A model generated the notes under the pieces. It was given only the letters and a program-made list of their open reading frames with translations, searched no databases and was not told where the DNA came from. Both the position numbers and the translations under genes were made by a program. From the NCBI GenBank assembly GCA_963733295.1, contig CAVTCS010000003.1, positions 288,001 through 352,000 of the forward strand: a stretch of DNA of 64,000 nt, in the 5' to 3' direction. The stretch is from Vulcanimicrobiota bacterium. GTDB lineage: Bacteria > Vulcanimicrobiota > Vulcanimicrobiia > Vulcanimicrobiales > Vulcanimicrobiaceae. Below, piece by piece: positions 49,597-59,473 of the stretch (its first letter is position 1; every line of letters starts with the position of its first letter).

Positions 49597-50274
49597 ATGA
49601 AGACGGTAGACCATCGAGGTTTCAAGGACGAGCTCTATTTGCAATTCGCCCGGATCGGCGCCGCCGTCGCGAGTCCAAAACGGCTGGAGATTCTCGACCT
49701 GCTGGCGCAGCGCGAACGGAGCGTCGAAGACCTCTCACGCGAAGTGGGTCTTTCGGTCGCAAACGCCTCGCGCCACCTCCGCGTCCTCGCATCGGCTCAA
49801 CTCGTTGCGGTGCGGCGTTTGGGGACTTTCGCCTATTACCGTCTCGCCAGCGGCAGCGCGTTGCGACTCGTTCGCGTCGTAGGTGACGTCGCCGAGGAAC
49901 GCCTTCCCGAGGTCAAAGCGACGCTGCACCGACACCTCGGAGAGCGCGGGATCGAGGAATTGAGTCCGACCGCGCTTGCGCGCCGCGTGAAGAGCGGCCG
50001 CGCACTCCTCCTCGACGTGCGTCCGCAAGACGAGTATCGAGCCGGCCACATCCCGGGGGCGCGCACGGTTCCAATCGACGCCCTGGTGCGCAAAAAGGCG
50101 ACCGAGGGACTCCCGCGCGATCGCGAGATCATCGTCTACTGCCGCGGTCCCTATTGCGTCTGGGCCGATGAGGCCGTCGAGGTTCTGCAACGTCGCGGGT
50201 TCACGGCGCGAAGGCTGCTGCTAGGCGCGCCCGATTGGGCCGCGCTGGGCGAGGCGCTGGAAACGGCAGGCTGA
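49597..50274 (+). CDS. ArsR/SmtB transcription regulator fused to rhodanese
   Basis: RLEILDLL, SVANASRHL, LDVRP..EY..GHIPGA and YCRGPYC. Confidence 0.92.
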   Translation: MKTVDHRGFKDELYLQFARIGAAVASPKRLEILDLLAQRERSVEDLSREVGLSVANASRHLRVLASAQLVAVRRLGTFAYYRLASGSALRLVRVVGDVAEERLPEVKATLHRHLGERGIEELSPTALARRVKSGRALLLDVRPQDEYRAGHIPGARTVPIDALVRKKATEGLPRDREIIVYCRGPYCVWADEAVEVLQRRGFTARRLLLGAPDWAALGEALETAG

Positions 50275-50277
50275 TTC

Positions 50278-51546
50278 GTGCCGCGTCGGCGCGAGTTGGA
50301 GTTGGGACTCGGTGCGAACGCCGGACAGTTCTGGCTGCTCGTTGCGGTCAATGCGTTTGTCGGCTCGATGGTCGGAATCGAGCGCGACGTTCTCCCGCTC
50401 GTCGGTCAGCGCACCTTCGGCCTCGCATCGGAGACGGCCGTCCTCTCGTTCATCGTCACGTTCGGTTTCAGCAAGGCGCTTGCAAATCTGTACGCCGGAC
50501 GAACCGCCGATCGGACGGGACGCAAGCCGCTGCTGATCGCGGGCTGGCTCTTCGCTCTGCCGGTCCCTTTCCTTTTGATGTTCGCGCCTGCGTGGGGCTG
50601 GATCGTCTTCGCGAACGTTCTGCTCGGTATCAACCAGGGGTTGTGCTGGTCGATGACCGTCGTCATGAAGATCGATCTCGTCGGTCCGAAGCAGCGCGGT
50701 CTCGCGATGGGTCTCAACGAGTTCGCCGGATATCTCGCCGTCGGCGTCGCAGCTTACGCCTCGGGCGCCGTCGCGCAAGAGTATGGCCTGCGGCCTTGGC
50801 CGTTCGCTCTCGGGATCGTCTCGGTCGTGATCGGGCTCGTGTTATCGGCGTTCGTCGTGCGCGAGACTCACGCACACGCTCGGTATGAAGCCGCGCAGGC
50901 AGCGGCGCCACCCGCGGCGCCCTCATTCGCAGCGCTTTTCGTTAACGTTTCGTGGCGCGATCGAACGCTCTCCGCGATCAGCCAGGCCGGCCTCGTGAAC
51001 AACCTCAACGACGGCCTGGCCTGGGGCATCCTTCCGCTGTATTTCGCAGTTACCGGTCTCGACGTCGGACGGATCGCGATCCTGGCGGGTGCGTATCCGA
51101 CGACGTGGGGTCTCATGCAACTCGTCACCGGTCCGCTGTCCGACCGCGTCGGACGTAAGGCGATGATCGCGAGCGGGATGTGGCTTCAGGCGCTGGCGAT
51201 CGCGCTCTTCTTAGTGCCCGGAAGTTTCGCGCTCTGGTTTTTCGCGGCCGTGCTGCTCGGCGCGGGCACGGCGATGGTCTATCCGACGCTCTTGGCCGCG
51301 ATCGGGGACGTCGTCGAACCTCTCATCCGAGGCTCAGCGGTCGGGGTCTACCGCCTCTGGCGCGACTCGGGGTACGCATTCGGCGCCCTCATTTCAGGGA
51401 TCGTAGCGCAAGCCGCCGGACAGCGTGCAGCCATCGGCGTCGTCGCGGCGCTCACGTTTTTCTCCGGCGCGATCGTCATCGTGCGGATGCGCGAGACACA
51501 TGTTATGGTTAGCACGTTAAACAGAGCAAGGCACTTGCGACGCTGA
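50278..51546 (+). CDS. MFS transporter
   Basis: About 12 TM; ADRTGRK, MKIDLVGP.QRG.AMG.NE and SDRVGRK. Confidence 0.9.
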   Translation: MPRRRELELGLGANAGQFWLLVAVNAFVGSMVGIERDVLPLVGQRTFGLASETAVLSFIVTFGFSKALANLYAGRTADRTGRKPLLIAGWLFALPVPFLLMFAPAWGWIVFANVLLGINQGLCWSMTVVMKIDLVGPKQRGLAMGLNEFAGYLAVGVAAYASGAVAQEYGLRPWPFALGIVSVVIGLVLSAFVVRETHAHARYEAAQAAAPPAAPSFAALFVNVSWRDRTLSAISQAGLVNNLNDGLAWGILPLYFAVTGLDVGRIAILAGAYPTTWGLMQLVTGPLSDRVGRKAMIASGMWLQALAIALFLVPGSFALWFFAAVLLGAGTAMVYPTLLAAIGDVVEPLIRGSAVGVYRLWRDSGYAFGALISGIVAQAAGQRAAIGVVAALTFFSGAIVIVRMRETHVMVSTLNRARHLRR

Positions 51547-51562
51547 GCGGGAGTAAACGGCC

Positions 51563-51877
51563 ATGCAGCATTTCGCAGTGATACTGGAGCGTGGCCCTGC
51601 GTGGGATTGGTCGCTGCCGATGCGCCGCCAGGCGGAGTGGGAAGCGCACGCCGCTTTCATGGACGCTCTTGCGGACGAAGGATTCATCGTTGCGGGCGGT
51701 CCGCTCGGCGGCGAGAACGATGCCGCGCGTGTTTTGCACATCGTAGCGGCACTCGACGCGAGCGCGATCGAAATGCGGCTGGCCCAGGATCCGTGGGCCC
51801 CAATGCACCTGCTGAAAACGGTAAGCATCGAACCCTGGACGGTGCTCCTAGGCCGCCTTTCCGGCGCGGCTCCTTGA
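51563..51877 (+). CDS. YciI-like protein
   Basis: WEAHAAFMD.L..EG....GGP and DPW. Confidence 0.75.
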   Translation: MQHFAVILERGPAWDWSLPMRRQAEWEAHAAFMDALADEGFIVAGGPLGGENDAARVLHIVAALDASAIEMRLAQDPWAPMHLLKTVSIEPWTVLLGRLSGAAP

Positions 51878-51884
51878 CGGTCGA

Positions 51885-52742
51885 CTAAGCCAGCGCTGCC
51901 ATGTCTTCGGCGCTCAACGCGATCTCGGCGGCCGCAACGTTCTCGTCGAAGTGAGCGATCGAGCTGGTACCCGGAATCGGAACGATGTTCGCAGATCGCG
52001 CCAACAACCAGGCGAGCGCGATCTGCGCGGGGGCCGCGTTCTTACGCTTGGCGATTCGCGCGAGCGCCGCATGGCTGAGCGTTCCTCTGCCGCCGAGCGG
52101 AAACCACGGCAGGAACGCAATGCCGTCGCGCTCGCAGGCGTCGAGCACGGCTTCGGCGCTGCGATCCTCCACGTTGTAGCGGTTCTGCACCGAGACGATC
52201 GCCGCAGATTTCTTGCAACGCTCGTATTCTTCGACCGATGTTTCCGAAACACCGATGTGACGAATCTTGCCCTCGCGCTGCATTTCGCTCAGAGCACCGA
52301 GCGATTCCTCGACCGGAACCTTCGGATCGATGCGGTGGAGTTGATAGAGGTCGATGCGCTGCAATTTCAAACGGCGCAAGCTGCCCGCGACGCACTCGCG
52401 CAGCCGTTCGGGTCGCGCGTCGATCTGCCAGTGGTCTGGGCCGGTTCGCTTGAAACCGCCCTTCGTAGCGATAACGACACCTGGCGGGTAGGGTGCGAGG
52501 GCTTCCGCGATGATTTCTTCGCTTACCTCCGGTCCGTAAGAGTCGGCCGTGTCGATGAAGTTCACGCCGCTCTCGACCACGTGACGCACCAATTTGACGG
52601 CGCCTGCCCAGTCGGGCGGAGGACCCCAGATTCCTTGCCCGGTGATCCGCATCGCGCCGAAACCGAGTCGCCGGATGGTCAGATCGCCGCCGATCGTCGT
52701 TTCCCCAACCAGCGAATGAGAGGTCATCGAGTGTTTGCTCAT
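51885..52742 (-). CDS. Aldo/keto reductase
   Basis: LGFGAMR, IDTADSYG, IDLYQLH, QNRYN and PIPGT. Confidence 0.92.
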   Translation of the reverse strand: MSKHSMTSHSLVGETTIGGDLTIRRLGFGAMRITGQGIWGPPPDWAGAVKLVRHVVESGVNFIDTADSYGPEVSEEIIAEALAPYPPGVVIATKGGFKRTGPDHWQIDARPERLRECVAGSLRRLKLQRIDLYQLHRIDPKVPVEESLGALSEMQREGKIRHIGVSETSVEEYERCKKSAAIVSVQNRYNVEDRSAEAVLDACERDGIAFLPWFPLGGRGTLSHAALARIAKRKNAAPAQIALAWLLARSANIVPIPGTSSIAHFDENVAAAEIALSAEDMAALA

Positions 52743-52803
52743 GGCTACTCCTCCGTACCCGCCTCCCTGGAATGTCACTCGGTGGCGTCGTACTCTCGTG
52801 CGC

Positions 52804-53562
52804 ATGAAGAAGATTGCGGTAACGGGCGCCGCCGGCCTCGTCGGCAGCTCGCTTTGCGCCGACCTGGCTCGCGACCACGAGGTCGTCCAGATCGATCTTC
52901 TCGGTGCCGGCGTCATCGCCGACGTGCGAGATCTCGAAGCGCTGAAGCGAGCCTTCGAGGGCTGCGAGACCGTCGTGCACTTGGCGGGCATCGCGAGGGT
53001 GCAAACGCCATGGCCCGACATCCATTCGACCAACATCGAGGGTACCTACAACGCGTTCGAAGCCGCGCGTCAGACCGGTGTCAAGCGGCTGATCTTTGCA
53101 AGCTCGAACCACGCCGTCGGCATGTACGAGGTCGATAACCTGCCCGCGATCTACGAGCCCGGATTCGGACTCGTCGTGCGGACCGATGCGGAATTTCGTC
53201 CCGACTCGCTGTACGGTGTCTGGAAGGCATTCGGTGAAACGCTCGGCCGCTATTTCAGCGACAACTACGGCTTGCAGGTGACGTGCGTTCGCATCGGGTC
53301 GATTACCGCGGCCGACAACCCTCGCGACGAGAGCGTTCGCAGCTCGTCCCCCTGGCTGAATTTGACCGACGACCAGAAATTTGCGCGCTACGCGGCAACG
53401 TGGATGTCTCACGCCGATTTCGCGCGACTCGTGCGAGCAGTCATGTCGCGCGACGTGCCGTATGCGGTCATCTACGGCGTCGGAGACAATGCGACTCGAT
53501 TCTGGGACCTCGAACCGGGCCGCGCGCTCTTCGGCTTCTGGCCCCAGGACGGAACGCGTTAA
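52804..53562 (+). CDS. NAD-dependent epimerase/dehydrogenase (uronate-dehydrogenase-like)
   Basis: TGAAGLVG, SSNHAVG and RPDSLYGVWK. Confidence 0.85.
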   Translation: MKKIAVTGAAGLVGSSLCADLARDHEVVQIDLLGAGVIADVRDLEALKRAFEGCETVVHLAGIARVQTPWPDIHSTNIEGTYNAFEAARQTGVKRLIFASSNHAVGMYEVDNLPAIYEPGFGLVVRTDAEFRPDSLYGVWKAFGETLGRYFSDNYGLQVTCVRIGSITAADNPRDESVRSSSPWLNLTDDQKFARYAATWMSHADFARLVRAVMSRDVPYAVIYGVGDNATRFWDLEPGRALFGFWPQDGTR

Positions 53563-53586
53563 GGACCGAGTCCGCTCGAAGGTCTT

Positions 53587-54897
53587 TTACTGTTCGGCGA
53601 GTATTTCGCGCGCGGCGCGCAGTCCGCTCTGGAGCGCGCCCGCCACGGTTCCGCCTTCAGCACCGTCTGCTGTGGCTTCACCGGCGAACCAGAGCGTTCG
53701 GTCGACGGGCGCGGCTAAGGCGTTGCGAGCACCTTCGGCACCAACCAAAACGTACGTGTACGCACCACGGGCGTAGGGGTCGCCTTGCCAATCGTGCAGA
53801 TATCCGCCTTCGAACGTTTCTTCGGCGGCTCGCGCGTCGGCGAAATACCGCCCCGCACACGCGAGCGCAAGACGTTGGTGTTCTTCGCCGGTCGCGCCCG
53901 CCATTCGTTCGGCGACCGGGCCGCCGGCCCACGCGACGAGCGTGTTGGCGCGCACCGGCAACTGCGTCCACAGCGTCGGGAACTCACCGTCACCGCTAAA
54001 GAAGGCGCCGTCGCGCCAGGCTCCGCCTTTCAACGATTCCCAAAACGCCTCGCGAAACCGCAGGACGACCTTGATGACCGGTCCGGTCGCGATGCCGGCG
54101 ATTGCGTCGCGCGTCGGCGCTGGTAAGGCCGGCTCGAAGGCGATCGCGCCCTCCGCATCCGGCTCGGCGCCGAGGACTCCGTGGGGCACCGTGACGAGGG
54201 CGCGCCGCGCTCGAAACTCCACCTCACTGCCCCCAACGCGCGCGACGACGCGCACGCCTGCTGCGAGGCGCGTCACGCGAGTAACGACCGACTCAAGATG
54301 AAGAGCTACGTGCTCCGCCTCGAGCGAGCGCGACAAGTGCGCGGTAAGCTGCGCGTAGCCGCCGAGTGGACGCGACTGAGCCCCTTCGGCAGAAGCGTCG
54401 CCGGCCCACTCCCGTGCGATGGCGCGCGCGCTTGCGCGTGCTGGATCGGCGGCATCGAACCCGCTGACGAGACGCCGCGTCCACGTCCCCGCCTCCCGGC
54501 TCGCGCGGTCACGCGAGTTTCCGGCGATCAGCGCTTCGACGCTCTGATCCTCGTCACGCTCGAGAGCGCGCGCCAAGAGATCGCCGGCCGCTTCGAAGGG
54601 GTCGTTTTCGGCGGCTTGCAAGATACCGTCGCGAAGGATGAAACTGCTTTCGGCGTCGTCGATGACGGTCGCACCGTATTCGTGCAGCAGCTCGTACGTG
54701 ACGGCCGGTCTTCCATGGACGAACTCGGCGCCGAGCTCGATCGACGCGAGTGCGCGAGGTTCCCAAATGCTGCGCATCCGGCCACCGGTACGATCGCGAG
54801 CTTCGAGGAGCGCCACGGAACGCCCGGCGCGCGCGAGTTCTCTCGCCGCGATCATCCCCGCGGCTCCGGCGCCGACGACGACTGCGTCATATTCCAA
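53587..54897 (-). CDS. Flavin monoamine oxidase family protein
   Basis: GAGAAG, EARDRTGGR, ELGAEFVHG and FAGEAT...GTVAGA..SG. Confidence 0.88.
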   Translation of the reverse strand: MEYDAVVVGAGAAGMIAARELARAGRSVALLEARDRTGGRMRSIWEPRALASIELGAEFVHGRPAVTYELLHEYGATVIDDAESSFILRDGILQAAENDPFEAAGDLLARALERDEDQSVEALIAGNSRDRASREAGTWTRRLVSGFDAADPARASARAIAREWAGDASAEGAQSRPLGGYAQLTAHLSRSLEAEHVALHLESVVTRVTRLAAGVRVVARVGGSEVEFRARRALVTVPHGVLGAEPDAEGAIAFEPALPAPTRDAIAGIATGPVIKVVLRFREAFWESLKGGAWRDGAFFSGDGEFPTLWTQLPVRANTLVAWAGGPVAERMAGATGEEHQRLALACAGRYFADARAAEETFEGGYLHDWQGDPYARGAYTYVLVGAEGARNALAAPVDRTLWFAGEATADGAEGGTVAGALQSGLRAAREILAEQ

Positions 54898-54926
54898 GAT
54901 CTACCACTCCGCCTCCGAGACCGAGC

Positions 54927-56057
54927 ATGCTCCGTAAGCTCTTCCCGATCTACCTCATCATTTTCATCGACGTGCTCGGCTTCACGTTCCTGATTCCTCT
55001 GTTGCCGGCGCTGGCCGAGAAGTTTGCGGCCTCTCCGTTGACGATGGGGCTGCTGATTTCGACGACTGCGGCGTGCGCCGCAATCTCCTCCCCCGTGTGG
55101 GGAAAGCTGAGCGATCGGATCGGGCGCAAAGCCGTGTTGCTCTGTTCCCAGTGTTTTTCGCTCGCCGGCTACTTTCTCTTGGCCATAGCGGGCAACGTCC
55201 CGATCCTCTTCGCCTCGCGCGCAATCGAAGGATTGGGCGGCGGAAATCTCGGCGTCGCGCAATCGTACATCGTCGATTCGGTACCGGAAGATCAACGCGA
55301 AAAGGCGCTTTCGTGGGGAGCCGCAGCCTTCGGGCTCGGCTTCGTCGTGGGTCCGCTCATGAGCGGTCAGCTATATCGCGCGGGCCTGACGGTGCCGTTC
55401 TGGGTCGCCGCGGGTCTCGAGGCCGTCAACCTCGTCCTGACGTTCTTCACGCTGCCGGCGACGAAACCGCACGATGCACGGACTCTCGATCTTCGGCGAA
55501 TCGTGGCCACAATCGAGACGCCGGCCCTGCTCAACGTGCTCGCGCGTCAGTTTCTCTATATCTTCTCGTATACGTATTTCTTCACGGTCTTCGGTCTCTT
55601 TGTCGGGAAGGCGTTGCACGGGGACGCCGAGGTGTCGAGTTTACTCCTCGGCGTGGCCGGAGCGGTTGGGGCGCTGGCTCAAATTTTCCTCGCCCACAGA
55701 ATGAGCGCACGCTTGGGAAACTTCGTGCTGTCGGAATGGATGTTCGGCCTTTCGTTCGTCGCATACGCCTTACTCGGATTCGTATCGACCTTCTGGTGGT
55801 TCGTCGCTCTGTTGATCGTCTGGGCGGTTCCGGGAGCGATCCTACAGCCGACGCTAAGTACGCTGCTGGCCGAGCGTGCACCGGAAGATCAGCGCGGCGC
55901 CGTGCTCGGAGTCGCCGATTCGCTCGACAACGCGTCGATGATCTTCGCGCCCGCGCTGGCGAGCGCGATTCTAAGCGCCGACGTGCGTCTGATCGGCATC
56001 GTTCCCGCGCTTTGCGCGCTGGGTGCGATCGCGCTCGGGCTAGAGCGGCGCAAGTAG
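54927..56057 (+). CDS. MFS transporter (TetA/DHA1-like)
   Basis: GKLSDRIGRK and GLGFVVGP. Confidence 0.88.
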   Translation: MLRKLFPIYLIIFIDVLGFTFLIPLLPALAEKFAASPLTMGLLISTTAACAAISSPVWGKLSDRIGRKAVLLCSQCFSLAGYFLLAIAGNVPILFASRAIEGLGGGNLGVAQSYIVDSVPEDQREKALSWGAAAFGLGFVVGPLMSGQLYRAGLTVPFWVAAGLEAVNLVLTFFTLPATKPHDARTLDLRRIVATIETPALLNVLARQFLYIFSYTYFFTVFGLFVGKALHGDAEVSSLLLGVAGAVGALAQIFLAHRMSARLGNFVLSEWMFGLSFVAYALLGFVSTFWWFVALLIVWAVPGAILQPTLSTLLAERAPEDQRGAVLGVADSLDNASMIFAPALASAILSADVRLIGIVPALCALGAIALGLERRK

Positions 56058-56738
56058 CTGCGCGAGCAGTTCGGTTGCCGGCTTCTCGCGGAGCGTCTCC
56101 CAAGATCCGTCTTGCACCGCGCGACCGCTCTCGATCACGACGACGCGCGGACAGAGCCGGGCGAGCACTTCGGCTTCGTGATCGACGACCAGCATCGTGA
56201 AACCGAGCTCTTTCTGCCACTGTGCGACCGCCGCGAGCAACTCGCGCACGAGATGCCGGTCAAGACCGTTGAACGGTTCGTCCAGCAGGACCAAAGGCGG
56301 CTTGCGAGCCAGCATTCGGGCGAGCGCGACGCGGCGCGCTTGTCCGCCCGAAATCGCGCGTGCCGGCTGGTTCCAAATCGAACTGAGTTCCAGCCGATCG
56401 CGCAACTGAGCGACCCACGCGTCGCCTTCCTCACGCTTGCCGTTCGTTAAGCCGAAGCGGACGTTTTCGGAAACCCGTAGGTGCGGAAATAGATCGGCAT
56501 CTTGCGTGAGATATCCGACCGGACGCAGATGGAGCGGAAGCGGAGGCGGGAACAGCGTCACGCCGTCGAGGATGACGTGTCCGGCGTCCGGTTCGATGGC
56601 GCCGGCGATGCAGGCCAGGAACGTGCTCTTCCCCGCGCCGGAGACGCCGAACAGTCCGCACGCGTCGCCCGACCCGAGGAGGAGCGAAATGTCCACGGTG
56701 AATTCGCGACGAGCTTTGACGATGTGTGCGTCAAACAC
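56040..56738 (-). CDS. Molybdate/tungstate ABC transporter ATPase (ModC-like)
   Basis: GVSGAGKS, LFPHL.V..N, ISGGQ and LLDEP. Confidence 0.85.
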   Translation of the reverse strand: MFDAHIVKARREFTVDISLLLGSGDACGLFGVSGAGKSTFLACIAGAIEPDAGHVILDGVTLFPPPLPLHLRPVGYLTQDADLFPHLRVSENVRFGLTNGKREEGDAWVAQLRDRLELSSIWNQPARAISGGQARRVALARMLARKPPLVLLDEPFNGLDRHLVRELLAAVAQWQKELGFTMLVVDHEAEVLARLCPRVVVIESGRAVQDGSWETLREKPATELLAQLLAPL

Positions 56739-57480
56739 GCGCGAAGCGCCGTTGAGCCACGACGTGGGCAAGCCAGGGCAGCGGCAGCGAAGTCACCAGG
56801 AACACGATCAAGAGCGGCATCACGGCCGGCAACCCGAAGTTTTCCAAACTGGTCCACATTGCAACCGGCATTCCGGCGGGATAGTACGCGGTTATCACGA
56901 CGGCGCCGAATTCCGTCAGCGCGCGCACCCATGCCAAGCTCAGAGCGACCGCGAAACCCAAGCGAGCGATCGGAAAGGTGACGCGCCAAAACACGTTCCA
57001 ACGGTCGTGTCCCAACAAGCCGGCCTGGACCTGCAGCGCCGGCGGCACCGAGTCGAGCGCGGCGATCGTCCCGAGAACGTAGTAGCCGATGCTCACGTAG
57101 ATTTGGGTGACGACGAATGCGAGCGGCGTATTCGTCAGGCGGATGCCGGCCTGTCCGAGGATTCCACCTAGGGCGTGCGGACCGAACGCGAGCGAAAGCA
57201 AAATGCCGAGCGCGAGCGGGGGCAAGAGAACCGAAATCAACAGGATCGCTTGCCACCAGAGGCGTTCGGTACTCGACGTACGAGCGACGTACAATGCCAT
57301 CGGGGTCCCTAAGACGACGACTACGACCATCGCGAGGCCGGTGAGGAGCAGGGAAACGCGGACGGCTGCGGCGATCGCCGAGCCGTCGCCCCAATACCAC
57401 GGGCCGACGGGCACGAACAGGCCGGCCAGCGGGTAGAGGAGGACGGCTGCGAAAATCGCAGCGCCGGCGCGCTTCAACAA
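56731..57480 (-). CDS. Molybdate/tungstate ABC transporter permease (ModB-like)
   Basis: LPPLALG, FWRVTFP and RALTEFGA. Confidence 0.85.
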   Translation of the reverse strand: MLKRAGAAIFAAVLLYPLAGLFVPVGPWYWGDGSAIAAAVRVSLLLTGLAMVVVVVLGTPMALYVARTSSTERLWWQAILLISVLLPPLALGILLSLAFGPHALGGILGQAGIRLTNTPLAFVVTQIYVSIGYYVLGTIAALDSVPPALQVQAGLLGHDRWNVFWRVTFPIARLGFAVALSLAWVRALTEFGAVVITAYYPAGMPVAMWTSLENFGLPAVMPLLIVFLVTSLPLPWLAHVVAQRRFARV

Positions 57481-57492
57481 TACGTAGAGCGA

Positions 57493-58410
57493 CTACGCAC
57501 CGAGCGGTGCGGCCCCGGCCGGTAGATCGTAGAAATACTGCTTGAAGATCGCCTGACCGCCTGCTCCGAGCCATGCCACGAACGCTTGCGCCTTCTCTTT
57601 GTGCGCCGCGTCGTTCAGAACCGCCGCGTAGTAGACGAGGGGCTCGGGGTGATACGTTTTGCCGCCGAGATCGAGCGATGCCGCCGCGTAGCGATCGTGC
57701 ATCGATCCGTTGCCGAGATTGATTTCGTCGGGAAGGTTTATATACGGCAGGTTAAACGGACCCGGCTGAATTCTGTACGCCGAAGCAGCGTCCAGTTCGC
57801 CGCTCTGCAAACGCGCCTGGACGGTGGGTTCGCTGAAAATTTGGGCCGGGTTGATCGTCTGACCCAGAACCTTGTCGGCGAAGCCGGGCTGTTTGTAGTA
57901 TGCCTCAGCGAGTTGCAGCGTGAAAATGATGTTGCGGCCTTGGGGATCCGTCATCGGGTCGGTCCTCCCAAAGCGCAGATCGCTCTCCTGGAGGATCTGC
58001 CACCACTGCCTCGCGCCGCGACTTCCCTTGGCCGCAGCGTCGAACTGCGATGCGTACTTGCCCTTGGGGCTGTACGCGATGACCATCTCCGTTCGCGCGA
58101 CGGGAACTGCGCGGGTCGCCTTTCCGCCCTGTAGTACCGTCATCATGGGACTCGGCGTGACGGGTATGAACACGTCGGGCGAGATGCTGCCGCCTACGAT
58201 GAGCTTGGCGAGCGCGTCGGAACCTTGTGCCCGCCCTTGCATCGCCACTTGCAGCGTTTGTGCCGCGGCCGCTTTGATCGGGCCTTCCATCATCGAACCC
58301 ATCGATCCGGCGTAGGCGACGTCGAGCGGTGTCAGTTCTTGCGCGCTCGCGGCACGCGCGCCCAGCGCGATGGCGGCGGAGCTCCCGGCGATCCAGGTGC
58401 GGCGGTTCAT
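57493..58410 (-). CDS. Molybdate/tungstate-binding periplasmic protein (WtpA/ModA-like) with Tat signal
   Basis: NRRTWI leader; AYAGSM, GRTDP.TDPQG and LPDEINLG. Confidence 0.82.
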   Translation of the reverse strand: MNRRTWIAGSSAAIALGARAASAQELTPLDVAYAGSMGSMMEGPIKAAAAQTLQVAMQGRAQGSDALAKLIVGGSISPDVFIPVTPSPMMTVLQGGKATRAVPVARTEMVIAYSPKGKYASQFDAAAKGSRGARQWWQILQESDLRFGRTDPMTDPQGRNIIFTLQLAEAYYKQPGFADKVLGQTINPAQIFSEPTVQARLQSGELDAASAYRIQPGPFNLPYINLPDEINLGNGSMHDRYAAASLDLGGKTYHPEPLVYYAAVLNDAAHKEKAQAFVAWLGAGGQAIFKQYFYDLPAGAAPLGA

Positions 58411-59390
58411 GCGATGCGTTCTCCCGTTCTGCGGACGTCGTAGGTTTTGAGGGCTTCTAGGTCGCGGTGATATGAGTTCGAGCGTAATGCGTCGAGCAAC
58501 ACACGAATTTCGGTCGTCTGAAGCGCGTCACGAGGAACGAGCAACGCGCAGCGTTCCTGCCGCAACGGAACGAACGATAAGTCGAAGAGATGCGCTACGC
58601 TCGCCATGCCGACGGCCGCGTCGGCGAAGCCTTGCGCGACTGCTCGTCCCGCGTCAAGCTGGCCGGCGAGTTCGTGGCGATATCCCGCGAGCCGGCGCGG
58701 ATCGACGGCGGCCCTGCGCAATTGCTGGTCGAACAACTGCCGCGCGCCCGCGCCGGCGGGTCTGTTTACGACGCGCGCTTTCGTTCGAACGAGATCCGCG
58801 GCGCCGTGCAAACCGAGCGGGTTTCCACGGCCGGCCAGCCAGCCGGCCTCCGTCGTCGCGAGTTCGAAACGCACGAACTTTCCGGCGTGCGCCGCTCTTT
58901 GGGCCGGAGCGTCGCCGTGCACGACCGCCGCATGCACTTCGTTCCGAGCGAGCGCGCCGAGCGCCGCGCGATTGGTCATCGGCAACCAGAGCACGCGCGC
59001 GGCCCGCGAGCGAGTCATCGCGTGACGCGATAAGAGACCGACGGCGAGGTCGCAGCCGGCCACGAAGACGTTCGATACGGTAGCGTCGCCTGGCTCGATC
59101 GCGAGATGATCGGCGTTGAGAGCGTGGCTTACGATTCGGCCGGCGATCGTCGCGCTTGCGATGCGCGGGCGGTCCCGCTCGGGCTCGCCGGGATTGCCGA
59201 ACAGATCTTCGACGCTCGTGTCCAGCGCTCGCGCGAGCGCAAGCGCGATACCCACGCTCGGCTGCATGCGTCCGCTCTCGATCGCGCCGACGGCTTGCCG
59301 AGTGATGCCTGCCGTTTCCGCCAAGGCCCGCTGGGAAAGGCCGCGCGCCCGCCGCAGGGACTCGAGCCGTCCGGCATCGATCGTTGCCAT
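58407..59390 (-). CDS. XRE-family HTH regulator fused to PBP-like (molybdate-binding-type) domain
   Basis: LSQRALAE.AGITRQAV..IESG HTH; VNRPAGAGAR and ADAAVG. Confidence 0.85.
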   Translation of the reverse strand: MATIDAGRLESLRRARGLSQRALAETAGITRQAVGAIESGRMQPSVGIALALARALDTSVEDLFGNPGEPERDRPRIASATIAGRIVSHALNADHLAIEPGDATVSNVFVAGCDLAVGLLSRHAMTRSRAARVLWLPMTNRAALGALARNEVHAAVVHGDAPAQRAAHAGKFVRFELATTEAGWLAGRGNPLGLHGAADLVRTKARVVNRPAGAGARQLFDQQLRRAAVDPRRLAGYRHELAGQLDAGRAVAQGFADAAVGMASVAHLFDLSFVPLRQERCALLVPRDALQTTEIRVLLDALRSNSYHRDLEALKTYDVRRTGERIA

Positions 59391-59473
59391 ACGCAACTAT
59401 CGTTGCGCCAAGGCACGCCGCGACCCCTCCGGCAGCGGGAGCAATGCAGCGCTTCGCCCGAACAGAAGAGAGC

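Noticed and set aside
53569..53579. Short match (AGTCCGCTCG) to the tRNA-Thr 3' region as a possible attR
   Set aside because: Only about 10 bp in GC-rich DNA with no integrase nearby; expected by chance.
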